A stretch of 47,448 bases of DNA, from positions 1 through 47,448 of the forward strand of contig JAZRGJ010000185.1 of the NCBI GenBank assembly GCA_045644125.1, given 5' to 3'. The notes beneath the pieces are model-generated. The model saw nothing but the letters and a program-made list of their open reading frames with translations. It had not been told where the DNA came from and did not search any database. The stretch is from Eubacteriales bacterium. GTDB lineage: Bacteria > Bacillota > Clostridia > Oscillospirales > CAG-272. A program made the translations under genes and the position numbers. Below, piece by piece: positions 1-9,714 of the stretch. Each line of letters begins with the position of its first letter. Position 1 is the first letter of the stretch.

Positions 1-30
1 ACCTCCTAACCTCATCCGATTGTTAACAAG

Positions 31-639
31 GTGTCGGAATATAACGGAGAGCTCTATACAGCTATATCGAACAGCTTAACATACCCTACCTTATGCAAGA
101 TAGAAGATAACGTTTTAGTTCCATTTGCAATTCATCGCGAGCCTTGCACGCATGAATTCCGCTATTTTGTAAATAAAGAAGGAATTTTTGCGATGTATCG
201 TTTCCCACCGGACGATCATAAAACGGGGCATGCAGCTTATACTGTATCACATGACGGCGGAAAATCGTGGAATACAAAAATATTTGAGGACGGAGTTCAG
301 TCGCGCCCGGATATTATGGAGTACTACGGAAAACCGCTCATAGTATATAATTACAAGAGTGACGCGAGTATATATAATTTCCCGAGAATGCATAATTTTC
401 GAAATGCTATTAAAATGGTTTATGATGGAGAAATTGTATTCGACTGGTTTACTAAATACGGAGTTGTTGAACACCAGCTCGTTAATGTATGTGGCGATCT
501 TTACATAGTGTTTTCAAACTGTCCGCAAGCTCTTTCTACCGTTAATGGTAAGGCATGGATTGAGGACGGTGTTCCGGTCGAACAAGGTAAAGAAGCAATT
601 CAGTGGGCTAAAATTGGATATTTGTTTGACAGGATATAA
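31..639 (+). CDS. Asp-box (BNR/sialidase-like) beta-propeller protein, probably a C-terminal fragment
   Basis: Contains SHDGGKSW (S-x-D-x-G-x-S/T-W Asp-box). The GTG start has no clear RBS; the frame is open back to position 10 with an in-frame TAA at 7-9, so the true start is uncertain. Confidence 0.55.
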   Translation: MSEYNGELYTAISNSLTYPTLCKIEDNVLVPFAIHREPCTHEFRYFVNKEGIFAMYRFPPDDHKTGHAAYTVSHDGGKSWNTKIFEDGVQSRPDIMEYYGKPLIVYNYKSDASIYNFPRMHNFRNAIKMVYDGEIVFDWFTKYGVVEHQLVNVCGDLYIVFSNCPQALSTVNGKAWIEDGVPVEQGKEAIQWAKIGYLFDRI

Positions 640-651
640 TGCGGTTAAAGG

Positions 652-680
652 AAAAACGAGAGCTTTTGCTCTCGTTTTTT
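652..680. terminator. Bidirectional intrinsic terminator between ORF1 and lysS
   Basis: AAAAACGAGAGC-TTTT-GCTCTCGTTTTT perfect inverted repeat with A/T tails between convergent genes. Confidence 0.85.
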
Positions 681-699
681 TGTAATTATTATTTTAAGT

Positions 700-2217
700 T
701 TATTTAACTTCGGGTTTCATGGTCGGGAAGAGCAATACGTCACGGATCGATGCCGAGTCGGTAAGAAGCATAACGAGTCTGTCTACGCCGAAGCCAAGGC
801 CGCCTGTGGGGGGCAATCCATACTCAAGCGCGGTAACGTAGTCCTCGTCAACCTCTGCCTTGCAGCCGGGCTCTTCCTTTTTCTTTGCCGCAACCTGCTT
901 TTCGAATCTTTCTCTCTGGTCGATAGGATCGTTAAGCTCGGAGAATGCGTTTCCGAATTCGGTGCAGTTGATAAAGTACTCAAATCTTTCGGTGAAAGCA
1001 GGCTCCGTGGGCTTTCTCTTTGCGAGAGGGCTGTTTTCAACGGGATAGTCGTAAATAAACGTGGGCTGAATAAGCTTGTCTTCAACGTATGCGTCGAAGA
1101 GCTCAACGAGAACGGTTCCCTTGGTAGCGTTTGCGGGAACTTCAACGTGAAGACGCTTTGCGTCCTCTCTTGCGGCTTCGTCGCTTTCCCAAGCGTAATA
1201 ATCAACGCCGGCGTACTTCTTAACAGCTTCAACCATTGTAAGACGCTCCCACTTGCCCATATCTATCTCAATACCCTGATAGGTGATGAGAGTTGAGCCG
1301 CAGATTTCCGTTGCGAGCATTTTGTAAAGCTCTTCAACAAGGTCCATCATTCCGTAGTAATCGGTAAAAGCTTCATAGAGCTCGATTGAAGTAAACTCGG
1401 GGTTGTGTTTCTGGTCCATACCCTCGTTTCTGAATATTCTTCCTACCTCGTAAACCTTGTTCATGCCGCCAACGATAAGTCTTTTAAGGTAAAGCTCCGT
1501 TTCAATGCGGAGATACATATCCATATCAAGAGTATTGTGGTGGGTGATGAAAGGACGCGCGGAAGCGCCGATTTCAAGGGGAGTGAGTATTGGAGTGTCA
1601 ACCTCAAGGTAACCCTTTTTGTCAAGGTATTCTCTTATGAGCTTAAGGATTTTGGAACGCTTGATAAAGGTGTCCTTAACCTCGGGATTAACTATAAGGT
1701 CAACATATCTTTGTCTGTATCTTTGCTCAAGATTGGTAAGTCCGTGGAACTTCTCGGGAAGAGGAAGCAAGGACTTTGCAAGAAGAGTTATAGACTTCGT
1801 GTGAATGGAGATTTCTCCGGTTCTCGTGCGGAAAAGAATACCCTCAACGCCGACAACGTCGCCAACGTCCCATTTCTTGAATGCGGCGTAAGCTTCTTCG
1901 CCAAGATCATCTCTTGAAACGTAGAGCTGGATTTTGCCCTCTCCGTCAAGCACGTGAGCAAATGAAGCCTTTCCCATAATACGTCTTGCAACGAGTCTTC
2001 CCGCAATACGAACGGTCAATTCTTCGCCATTTTCGGTAAGTTCTGCCTCACGCTCCGAAAATTCTTTTATAGCCGATACGGAATCGGTCGTAACTTCGTA
2101 CTTGGTTATTTCAAAGGGGTTGTTGCCCGCTTCCTTGAGCGCGGCGAGCTTTTCACGTCTTACGACAAGCTCGTTCGTGCTGTTTACTTCGGGCGTGTTA
2201 TTCTGATTGTTTGCCAT
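700..2217 (-). CDS. lysS: Lysine--tRNA ligase (class II)
   Basis: OB-fold N-terminus (RIMGKASF), YRQRYVDL, LYLKRLIVGG, FRNEG, HNPEFT, GLPPTGGLGFGVDRL; GAAAGGA RBS. Confidence 0.98.
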   Translation of the reverse strand: MANNQNNTPEVNSTNELVVRREKLAALKEAGNNPFEITKYEVTTDSVSAIKEFSEREAELTENGEELTVRIAGRLVARRIMGKASFAHVLDGEGKIQLYVSRDDLGEEAYAAFKKWDVGDVVGVEGILFRTRTGEISIHTKSITLLAKSLLPLPEKFHGLTNLEQRYRQRYVDLIVNPEVKDTFIKRSKILKLIREYLDKKGYLEVDTPILTPLEIGASARPFITHHNTLDMDMYLRIETELYLKRLIVGGMNKVYEVGRIFRNEGMDQKHNPEFTSIELYEAFTDYYGMMDLVEELYKMLATEICGSTLITYQGIEIDMGKWERLTMVEAVKKYAGVDYYAWESDEAAREDAKRLHVEVPANATKGTVLVELFDAYVEDKLIQPTFIYDYPVENSPLAKRKPTEPAFTERFEYFINCTEFGNAFSELNDPIDQRERFEKQVAAKKKEEPGCKAEVDEDYVTALEYGLPPTGGLGFGVDRLVMLLTDSASIRDVLLFPTMKPEVK

Positions 2218-2243
2218 GTTTTCGTCCTTTCTCGGATAAAAGC

Positions 2244-2726
2244 TTAGTGATCACGCGCTCTCGTAACGTCAAGCACCTTGATGTGCTGAATCTTGACGCC
2301 TTCAATAACAACCTCGTCGCCCGCTCTTGATCCAAGGAGCTTTGCTCCGATAGGAGAAGCATCGGAAATTTTTCCGTTCTGAGGGTCTGTTTCGTAAGAG
2401 CCTACTATGTGATAAGTGAATTCCTTATTTCTTTCAACGTTGAAAACTTTAACGATAGAACCAACGCTTACAACGCTTTCGTCTATCTGAGATTCGTCAA
2501 TAACCTTTGCGTTTGCTATCATTTCACGGAGCTCTGCAATGCGAGCGTGTATTTTACCCTGCTCGGATTTTGCCTCGTCGTATTCGCTGTTTTCGGAAAG
2601 GTCGCCGAAGGCGCGCGCGGTTGAGATTTCCTTTTTGTTTTCCTCAACACGAACGTTTACGAGGTAATCAAGCTCATCCTGAAGAGCCTTGAAGCCCTCG
2701 GGGGTGTAGGTTTTTGTCTGTGCCAT
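2244..2726 (-). CDS. greA: Transcription elongation factor GreA
   Basis: ARAFGDLSENSEYDEAK and ISDASPIG motifs; ATG at 2726 preceded by GGGAGA; usual greA-lysS order. Confidence 0.97.
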   Translation of the reverse strand: MAQTKTYTPEGFKALQDELDYLVNVRVEENKKEISTARAFGDLSENSEYDEAKSEQGKIHARIAELREMIANAKVIDESQIDESVVSVGSIVKVFNVERNKEFTYHIVGSYETDPQNGKISDASPIGAKLLGSRAGDEVVIEGVKIQHIKVLDVTRARDH

Positions 2727-2750
2727 TTTATATTCTCCCAAAATTGATTT

Positions 2751-4082
2751 TTATTTATTTATAAGTTTTGCGATTTCAGAATATGCCGCATCCTTTTGCG
2801 TATCGCCCTCACCCTCTTCAACTGCAACGTCGGGGGTTATTCCTACGCCGTGATAGTTCACTCCGCTCGGCGGATTGTAATAAGCAACCGTCATTGTCAC
2901 GGATGACTTGTCGTTGAAAAGATAAGTGTTTTGCATAATTCCCTTGCCGAACGTTTTTTCTCCGACAAGAGTGGCGGTGAAAAAGCCCATTTCCGAGAAA
3001 TCACGGATTGCAGCGGTGAAAAGCCCTGCCGCCGAAGCCGTTGAAGCGTTGCAAATAACGACGCTCGGAAGATTGACCGTGTGCGCATTTTTCGAATACT
3101 TCGGGTCCATGTAATTATTGGTAAAGCTTGCGATCATAGTGCCCTTTGGCGCAATATAGTCGAGCATTTCAATAACGGTATCCAAATATCCGCCTGAATT
3201 GTTTCTGAGGTCGTAAATTATGCCGCCAACGCCTTTTTGCAAGGCGTCGTCGATTGCTGCTTTGAATTGACTCGCCGTGTTATCCTTGAAGCTTGTGATT
3301 TTTATATAGGCAATGCCGCCGCTTATATCGTAAGTAACGCTTTGCTCTGTGATCTGACGTCTGATAATGGTGAACGTTATTTCTTCGCAGCCGCGTAGGA
3401 CTGTCACGTTAACCGTGGTGCCGGGCTCGCCTTTTATATTCGAAACGGCGGTTTCATATCCCAGAGAGTCTACGCTCTCGCCGTTTACGCCTATGATGTA
3501 ATCGCCGGGAAGGATTCCCGCATCCTTTGCTCCGCCGCCGTCGTGGACGGTTTCTACGAGCATTTCATTCGTTTCTCTGCTGTATCTTACGGTGACGCCT
3601 ATTCCTACAAATGAGCCGCTCATGCCGGTGCTGTAACTGTCGTATTCTTCCGCGGTTCTGTATACCGAGTAAGTGTCATCCGACGTTTCAACGAAAGAAT
3701 GGATAAGCATATCCGTGGTTTGCTCTATGCTTTTAAGTTCTCCCGTGTAAAAATTCTTGATGAAATATTCTCCCGTGATTTTCGCTTTTTCATAAGGCGA
3801 CGGAAGCTCTTTTACGAATTGCTTTCGATAGAGATTTTCGAGCGTAATCATCTTCGACCTTGAAAATTGAGGGAAGCCCCAAAAATCAAGATAGTCCGCA
3901 ACCGTGTCAAAGTTTTTTGAAGTAGGCGCTGAAATTTCGGCAAGTAAGTCTTCCGGCGGCTTTGGGGTGCTTGTTCCGCCGATTCCCGACGTGCACGAAG
4001 AAAGAGAAATACAAGATGAAATTATTACACTCAAGAGCAAAAATAGTGTCAGTGCTTTTTTAAGTTGCGATTTTATTTTCAT
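2751..4082 (-). CDS. S41A C-terminal processing peptidase (CtpA-like) with PDZ domain, predicted lipoprotein
   Basis: Lipobox LSSC; GIGV PDZ loop; DLRNNSGG; catalytic Ser region TASAA; TFGKG Lys; GITPD. Confidence 0.9.
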   Translation of the reverse strand: MKIKSQLKKALTLFLLLSVIISSCISLSSCTSGIGGTSTPKPPEDLLAEISAPTSKNFDTVADYLDFWGFPQFSRSKMITLENLYRKQFVKELPSPYEKAKITGEYFIKNFYTGELKSIEQTTDMLIHSFVETSDDTYSVYRTAEEYDSYSTGMSGSFVGIGVTVRYSRETNEMLVETVHDGGGAKDAGILPGDYIIGVNGESVDSLGYETAVSNIKGEPGTTVNVTVLRGCEEITFTIIRRQITEQSVTYDISGGIAYIKITSFKDNTASQFKAAIDDALQKGVGGIIYDLRNNSGGYLDTVIEMLDYIAPKGTMIASFTNNYMDPKYSKNAHTVNLPSVVICNASTASAAGLFTAAIRDFSEMGFFTATLVGEKTFGKGIMQNTYLFNDKSSVTMTVAYYNPPSGVNYHGVGITPDVAVEEGEGDTQKDAAYSEIAKLINK

Positions 4083-4196
4083 AAATCCTCTTGCGGTGTG
4101 TCACTAATACAACAGTTTACCCTGCGGCATAGCGCAGGGCAAGCGTATTTATAATTATAACATAATCGAAAATCTGAAAATGTCGGTTTATGTAAA

Positions 4197-5282
4197 TCAG
4201 AATTTAGTGGGTTTGCTGGTGAGATATTTCTTAACCATAAGAGCAACCTTGAAGGTTACTGCGTGATCAAATTCACGAAGATCAAGTCCCGTAAGCTTTC
4301 TGATTTTTTCAAGTCTGTAAACGAGGGTGTTTCTATGTACGAAAAGCTTTCTCGACGTTTCGGAAACGTTAAGATTGTTTTCAAAGAAGCTCTGAACCGT
4401 CATAAGCGTTTCTCTGTCAAGAGATTCGAGAGAGCCTTTTTTAAATACTTCCTGAAGGAAAATCTCGCAAAGAGTGGTGGGAAGCTGATAAATAAGTCTT
4501 CCGATTCCGAGGTTTTCATAAGACATAACGGGCTTTTCAATATCGAAAACCTTTCCTACTTCAAGAGAGATTCTCGCTTCTTTATAAGCTCTCGCAAGGT
4601 CTTTGAGGTTCGTAACAATAGAGGAGATACCTATAAGTATCTTTGCGGAATGTTCTGCGCTTACCGTCGTAAGCATATTGTGAGCAAATTTTTCTATCGC
4701 TTCGTTATCGTCGTCCGATTCAACCTCTTTTACGATAACTATATCCTGCTCGCTTATGCTTATTACGTAATCGCGGTTTTTGTCATTTACGAATTCCTGA
4801 ACGATTTCGTAGGGCGGAGTTGAGGTCGTGCCCTGGAACTTTATAACGATGACGGCGCGGGGCTCGTCATTGCTGAAATGAAGCTCGTTTGATTTGATGT
4901 AGATGTCGCTGGGAAGAATATTATCAAGAATGATATTCTTAACAAAAGAGCCTTTATCGTATTTTTCGTCGTAAAGGTTTTTGATGCTTCCGAGTGATAT
5001 GGTAAGTATCTGAGAAGCCTTTGCCGCTGTTGCGTCGTCGCCCTCAACGAAAACGATGCAATCGTTTTTGCCGCCGCTCGTGATGTAACGGTAGGTGTAA
5101 CCCTCGAAAACAACGCCCTCTTGAACGTACGAAAGCTCCTCTCTTATTCTTTGGCGGCCTTCTCCGATTTTTGAAAGATCGCTTGAAGCGATGATTATGC
5201 CGTTTTCGTCAATAACGCCTATCGTTCTGTTGAAAACGTCTTTCATCTGGTGAATTATCGTTTGAAAAAGTCTATTTGACAT
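4197..5282 (-). CDS. CdaR/PucR-family transcriptional regulator
   Basis: N-terminal sensor-like domain (IGVIDENGIIIAS), degenerate GGDEF-like middle, C-terminal HTH LNVSETSRKLFVHRNTLVYRLEKI. Confidence 0.92.
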   Translation of the reverse strand: MSNRLFQTIIHQMKDVFNRTIGVIDENGIIIASSDLSKIGEGRQRIREELSYVQEGVVFEGYTYRYITSGGKNDCIVFVEGDDATAAKASQILTISLGSIKNLYDEKYDKGSFVKNIILDNILPSDIYIKSNELHFSNDEPRAVIVIKFQGTTSTPPYEIVQEFVNDKNRDYVISISEQDIVIVKEVESDDDNEAIEKFAHNMLTTVSAEHSAKILIGISSIVTNLKDLARAYKEARISLEVGKVFDIEKPVMSYENLGIGRLIYQLPTTLCEIFLQEVFKKGSLESLDRETLMTVQSFFENNLNVSETSRKLFVHRNTLVYRLEKIRKLTGLDLREFDHAVTFKVALMVKKYLTSKPTKF

Positions 5283-5396
5283 ACAATATCTCCGTAAGAG
5301 TTTTTTCGAAGAAAACGCCTATTTCTTCCCTGAATTTCAATCGCAAAGAGCTGTTTCGCAGGGGCGCCGTGCTTCGTTTTGTAAATACTGTACTAT

Positions 5397-5425
5397 ATTC
5401 TAACGCATTTTTTGATATTTTTCAA
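5397..5425 (-). promoter_or_regulatory. Putative sigma-A promoter of the cdaR-like gene
   Basis: Minus strand TTGAAA-17 nt-TAGAAT. Confidence 0.5.
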
Positions 5426-5553
5426 TACTTTTTTCAAAAAAAATTGCGAAATAAACAAAAAAAATAACAAACGCTTGTGCAATTTTGTATTTACTTTAAC
5501 AAAAAAACAGCGCTCTCCAATTCTATTTTATTGCAAAAAACGCATAAAAATAC

Positions 5554-5583
5554 CGAAAACGCAATCAAAAGACTGCGTTTTCG
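5554..5583 (-). terminator. Hairpin downstream of the GH109-like gene, probable terminator
   Basis: CGAAAACGCA...TGCGTTTTCG inverted repeat just past the stop codon; T-rich sequence follows on the minus strand. Confidence 0.6.
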
Positions 5584-5590
5584 TGGAAAT

Positions 5591-6856
5591 TTACTGTTTA
5601 ACTTTTGGAAAATCGATAACGTCGACGGTTTTTCTTTCTTTATATTTCCCTCTCGTGAAATCGGGGAATTCTACGGGCACGGAGCCTCCCTTTATGGATT
5701 CTTCCGAAAGCGCGGTAACCGCCATCCATGAAACGGCGTCGTAAACGTCTATCGGCATCGGAAGCTCTCCCGCTACGCACTTTATGAAATGCTTAAGCAT
5801 AATGAAATCCATTCCGCCGTGGCCCGCCTTGGTCTGCTCCGGCGTTATGTTCTTCCAGTCGTCAACAAGATAATCCTTTTCATAATCCTTTTGGTTGAAA
5901 TAAATATCCGTGGACGGCACGGGAGCTGATTCAAGTTTTCTTGCTAACTCGTCCGTAACGACAAGTCTAAGTGTTTGGTTATAGTAACCGCCGGTTCCGC
6001 TTACCGTAACTCCTCTTTCATAAAGACGGGGAAGCGTCGTATCAAGCTTTAAGAAAACGGTTTCTCCGTTTTCGCACTGTATCATAGTGGTCGTAACATC
6101 ACCCTGCTTGAAAACTGCGTCGCCGAGTCTGTCACGGTATTCGGGCTTCGACATTATGTATTCGTGCATTCCCTGCGCCTTTGAAGACATGGAAACGAGC
6201 TTCACGAATCTGTTTCCGGAGTTTATGTCAAGGATTTTTGCGATAGGTCCAAGCTCGTGAGTGGGATAGTTTTCGCAGTTGTGCTCCATATACTCCTTGA
6301 GTCTGTAGTGGCCCGTGTCAATTCCGCTCGCAATTTCCTCACGCACGTCGTGCGCGTAGTAGCCTTGGCAATATGAAATATTTCCGAGCGCGCCGTTTCT
6401 TACAAGGCTCGTTGCAAGAAGCTCGTCACGGTTATAGCAGCAGTTTTCAAGAAACATAAACGGCGTTTTCGTTTCTTCGTAGCAATTTACGAGCTCCCAA
6501 CATTCTTCAAGTCCGTGAGCGCCGCCAACCTCAATTGCAACGGTAACGCCCGCCTTCATTGAGGCAAGAGCGATTTCAACGTGAGCGTCCCAGCTGGTTG
6601 AAACTATTACGGCGTCAACGCCTGATTTTAATACGTCGTTATAATCGGTTGAGCAAAACGGCATCGCATGCCCTTTTGAAGTAACGATTTTTGCCGCCGC
6701 TTCAATTCTTTCGGGGCGAAGATCGCAAAGCGCTGTAACGATAACGTTATCGGAATTTCCGAGAATATTACCGAGAAGTCCGATGCTTCCGTCTGCCATT
6801 CCGTAAGCTGCGCCTCGCTGGCCGAGACCTATTATACCGAGTTTAACTTTTTTCAT
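5591..6856 (-). CDS. Gfo/Idh/MocA-family NAD-dependent glycosidase, GH109 (alpha-N-acetylgalactosaminidase-like)
   Basis: Rossmann GIIGLGQRG; LENCCY, YPTHELGP, GHGGMD and FPDFTRG motifs typical of GH109; ATG at 6856 with GGAGGA RBS. Confidence 0.85.
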   Translation of the reverse strand: MKKVKLGIIGLGQRGAAYGMADGSIGLLGNILGNSDNVIVTALCDLRPERIEAAAKIVTSKGHAMPFCSTDYNDVLKSGVDAVIVSTSWDAHVEIALASMKAGVTVAIEVGGAHGLEECWELVNCYEETKTPFMFLENCCYNRDELLATSLVRNGALGNISYCQGYYAHDVREEIASGIDTGHYRLKEYMEHNCENYPTHELGPIAKILDINSGNRFVKLVSMSSKAQGMHEYIMSKPEYRDRLGDAVFKQGDVTTTMIQCENGETVFLKLDTTLPRLYERGVTVSGTGGYYNQTLRLVVTDELARKLESAPVPSTDIYFNQKDYEKDYLVDDWKNITPEQTKAGHGGMDFIMLKHFIKCVAGELPMPIDVYDAVSWMAVTALSEESIKGGSVPVEFPDFTRGKYKERKTVDVIDFPKVKQ

Positions 6857-6964
6857 ATTTTCCTCCAAAAAAGTTGTTATATTTTTGATTATACCGCAAG
6901 GCGAAAGTTAAATACTTGGGTTATTTGATTCGTGAAATGTGATTTTCTTGAAAAAATTGATAAA

Positions 6965-7705
6965 TCATTCCTCAAGCTCAAAGAAGTACGAAATGGCGGA
7001 AAGAGCGTAGCTTGGCGCCGTTTCGCATCTTAAAATTCTCGGCCCTAGATTTACCGGGATAAGCCCTGCGTTTTTTGCCGCCTCGGCTTCTTCACGGCTG
7101 AAGCCGCCCTCGCTTCCAACGAGCAAGGATATGCTTTTTGCCGTTTTGTTTTCGTTAAGAACTTTTTTAAAGGATTTCGTTCCGTCGCCCTCGTAGCAGA
7201 AAATGGGAAGCTCGGATTCCGCAGCCGCCCGAAGCGCTTCTTTATATGATAAAGGAAGAAAAACCTTTGGAAGAGTCGCTCTTCCGCATTGCTTCGCCGC
7301 CTCTTCTGCGATTCTTTGGAAGCGCGCGTTTTGTTTTTCAGCCTTGTCAGCGCTCGGCCTTTTTATGCAACGGGAGGATTCGAAAGGAATTACTCGCGAA
7401 GCTCCGAGCTCCACAGCCTTTTGTATTACGATTTCGAGCTTATCGCCCTTGGGATACGCCATGAAAAGACTTATATCGACGGGGGATTCCGTTTTTCCGT
7501 CGCTCGTTGATATTATTTCGGCTAAACATTCCTCGTCTCGAATTTTCGTAAGACGGCAAATATGCTCGTGCTTTGCCATGTCGCAAACGGTTATCTCATC
7601 TCCCACCGCCATGCGAAGCGAGCGCGCTATGTGAAAAGCGTCTTCACCCGAAATCGTGACACGTCCCTCGTCAAAAGCATCGTTTGGTGCAAAAAATCTC
7701 GGCAT
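6965..7705 (-). CDS. rsmE: 16S rRNA m3U1498 methyltransferase
   Basis: MPRFF start, QKAVELG, EAAKQCGR, GSEGGFS, LGPRILRCETA; follows prmA. Confidence 0.96.
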   Translation of the reverse strand: MPRFFAPNDAFDEGRVTISGEDAFHIARSLRMAVGDEITVCDMAKHEHICRLTKIRDEECLAEIISTSDGKTESPVDISLFMAYPKGDKLEIVIQKAVELGASRVIPFESSRCIKRPSADKAEKQNARFQRIAEEAAKQCGRATLPKVFLPLSYKEALRAAAESELPIFCYEGDGTKSFKKVLNENKTAKSISLLVGSEGGFSREEAEAAKNAGLIPVNLGPRILRCETAPSYALSAISYFFELEE

Positions 7706-7714
7706 TTCTTTTTC

Positions 7715-8632
7715 CTAGACGGCCTTGACCATAATGGCAAGCCAGTCGTTTTCTCTTTCTTCTCTGACTACGGTGAAACCGTATTTGTTTGCGACCGCAA
7801 TAACCTCTTCTGCTCTCGGCGCTATTATTCCCGAAAGAATGAGCGGAGCGCCGTCTTTAAGATAAGGCTTGATGTCGGGCAACATTCTGATAAGTATATC
7901 CGCAACGATGTTTGCAACGCAAAAATCGTATTTTCCCATAGACGTATCAACGCCTGCAAGAAGATCCGAAATTCCGACGGAAATATTGTAGCATCCGTCT
8001 GCCTCGGCGTTTTCTTTAGCTACCTTGACCGCAACGGGATCTATATCGTATGCGTTGGAGTGGCGCGCTCCGAGCTTGGATGCGCAAATTGAAAGAATAC
8101 CCGAGCCTGTACCGAGGTCGAGCACGAGCTCGCCTCCCTTGATTTCGTCCTGCATCATTTTCATAACGAGTCGTGTCGTTTCGTGAGTGCCGGTGCCAAA
8201 GGCCATGCCGGGATCCATTTTTATTATGATTTCACCCTCACGAGCTTCGTATTCTTCCCAAGCCGGCACTATCGTAACCTTGCCGAGAGGGATGGGTTTG
8301 TAATATTTTTTCCAAGCCTCCGCCCAGTCGTCCTCTTTCATTCCCTCGACGGATATTTCAACGTCAACTCCGAGAAATGAAAATCTTTCTTTAAGAAACG
8401 CTACGTATTCTGCCAAGCTTTTTTCTTCGGGAACGAATATTGAAACCTTGACGTGCTCTTTATCTCCGTTGAGTATTGCGTCGTCAACGAGATCGCCGTA
8501 CATTCCGTTCAAAGTAAAGTCGCTGAGGTCCTCTATCATAAGCCCGTTGTCGAGCATGCTCATAACTGCCGAAACCTCTTCAAGAAGCTCGGTTTTCGCC
8601 TTAACGGTAAGCTTGTTCCAATTTCCTGCCAT
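7715..8632 (-). CDS. prmA: Ribosomal protein L11 methyltransferase
   Basis: DWAEAWKKYY, DPGMAFGTGTHETT, LDLGTGSGIL, ANIVAD, LILSGI. Confidence 0.97.
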   Translation of the reverse strand: MAGNWNKLTVKAKTELLEEVSAVMSMLDNGLMIEDLSDFTLNGMYGDLVDDAILNGDKEHVKVSIFVPEEKSLAEYVAFLKERFSFLGVDVEISVEGMKEDDWAEAWKKYYKPIPLGKVTIVPAWEEYEAREGEIIIKMDPGMAFGTGTHETTRLVMKMMQDEIKGGELVLDLGTGSGILSICASKLGARHSNAYDIDPVAVKVAKENAEADGCYNISVGISDLLAGVDTSMGKYDFCVANIVADILIRMLPDIKPYLKDGAPLILSGIIAPRAEEVIAVANKYGFTVVREERENDWLAIMVKAV

Positions 8633-8633
8633 T

Positions 8634-9539
8634 TTATTGCCTTTCTCTGACCGAGGCCACGTCTTTTTTTATTTGTTCTGTGAGCTCGTCTTTATCGTTA
8701 AATCTTTTTTCTTCTCTTAAATAATCTATAAGGCGGATGCGCGCTACTTTTCCGTAAACCTCTCCCGAAAAATCAAGGATAAACGTTTCTGCGTGCACCT
8801 CTCTTGCCTCAAACGTCGGGCATTTTCCTATATTGGTAAGCCCCGTGTAAGTTTTTCCGTCTATAAGCACCGCGCTGTGATAAACGCCCTGCTTTATAAA
8901 AGACTTGTCGGATTGCAAGGATAAGTTTATGGTCGGCATACCGAGCTTCTCGCCCCTGCCGTCGCCGTGAATTATTTCGCCCTCAATGAAATACGGCTCT
9001 CCGAGAAGCTTTGCGGCAAGCCTTGGGTTGCCGTTTTGAAGAAGCTCTTTTATAAGGCTCGTTGAAATTTTCATTCCCGAAACGCTTTCGTCGGGGATGA
9101 AAAGGCAGTGCTTATTTCTCTTTTTCATAAGCCCGGAAAGCGTTTTTGTATCGCCCTCTCGGCCTTTGCCGAATCTGAAATCAAGTCCGGTAACCGCAAG
9201 CTCGGTTTTTAAGGTGTCTAAAAGAACTTCGAGCACGAAGCTTTCAGCGGAAATGCCGGAAATCGTATCGAAATCAGCGTATATTACGTACTCCGCTCCC
9301 GCTTTTTCAAAAAACTCGGTTTTGATGTCGGTTGAGTATAGCCTCGTCGCTCCTTTCGGAAGCTTGTTTTCCGAAAAGAATGTGAAAACCACGAGCGGTA
9401 TTTTTCTTTTTTCAGCCTCTTTTTTTGCCGAAGCGAGAAGCGCTCTATGGCCTAAATGAACTCCGTCGAAAAGCCCGAGCGCAACGACGGCGGCAGAAAA
9501 GTCGGGTGTCATATCTTTGGAATACTCGTATATCTTCAC
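8634..9539 (-). CDS. ribF: Bifunctional riboflavin kinase / FAD synthetase
   Basis: GLFDGVHLGH, DFRFGK, ISTSLIK, GMPTIN, LREEKRF; GTG start with GGAGG RBS. Confidence 0.93.
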   Translation of the reverse strand: MKIYEYSKDMTPDFSAAVVALGLFDGVHLGHRALLASAKKEAEKRKIPLVVFTFFSENKLPKGATRLYSTDIKTEFFEKAGAEYVIYADFDTISGISAESFVLEVLLDTLKTELAVTGLDFRFGKGREGDTKTLSGLMKKRNKHCLFIPDESVSGMKISTSLIKELLQNGNPRLAAKLLGEPYFIEGEIIHGDGRGEKLGMPTINLSLQSDKSFIKQGVYHSAVLIDGKTYTGLTNIGKCPTFEAREVHAETFILDFSGEVYGKVARIRLIDYLREEKRFNDKDELTEQIKKDVASVRERQ

Positions 9540-9568
9540 TTTTCCGCCTCCTTTTTCTTTCTTTGTTA

Positions 9569-9597
9569 ATTATAACCAATAGATAAGAAAATGTCAA
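9569..9597 (-). promoter_or_regulatory. Sigma-A promoter of ribF-prmA-rsmE
   Basis: Minus strand perfect TTGACA-17 nt-TATAAT. Confidence 0.85.
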
Positions 9598-9630
9598 TGG
9601 AGAGAAAATAATATAATTAAAATATTTCAT

Positions 9631-9659
9631 TTGACAAATTCCACTCTTTGTGTTAAAAT
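9631..9659 (+). promoter_or_regulatory. Sigma-A promoter of the MFS gene
   Basis: TTGACA-17 nt-TAAAAT with TGn extension; back-to-back with the ribF promoter. Confidence 0.8.
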
Positions 9660-9714
9660 AAAGCTTGTATGACAATATTATATTAACCAACTTTGGAAAA
9701 ATAACGGAGGATTT

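Noticed and set aside
5412-5744. Plus-strand ORFs in the cdaR/GH109 spacer
   Set aside because: Low-complexity translations of AT-rich regulatory DNA that overlap a terminator and the GH109 3' end; no RBS.
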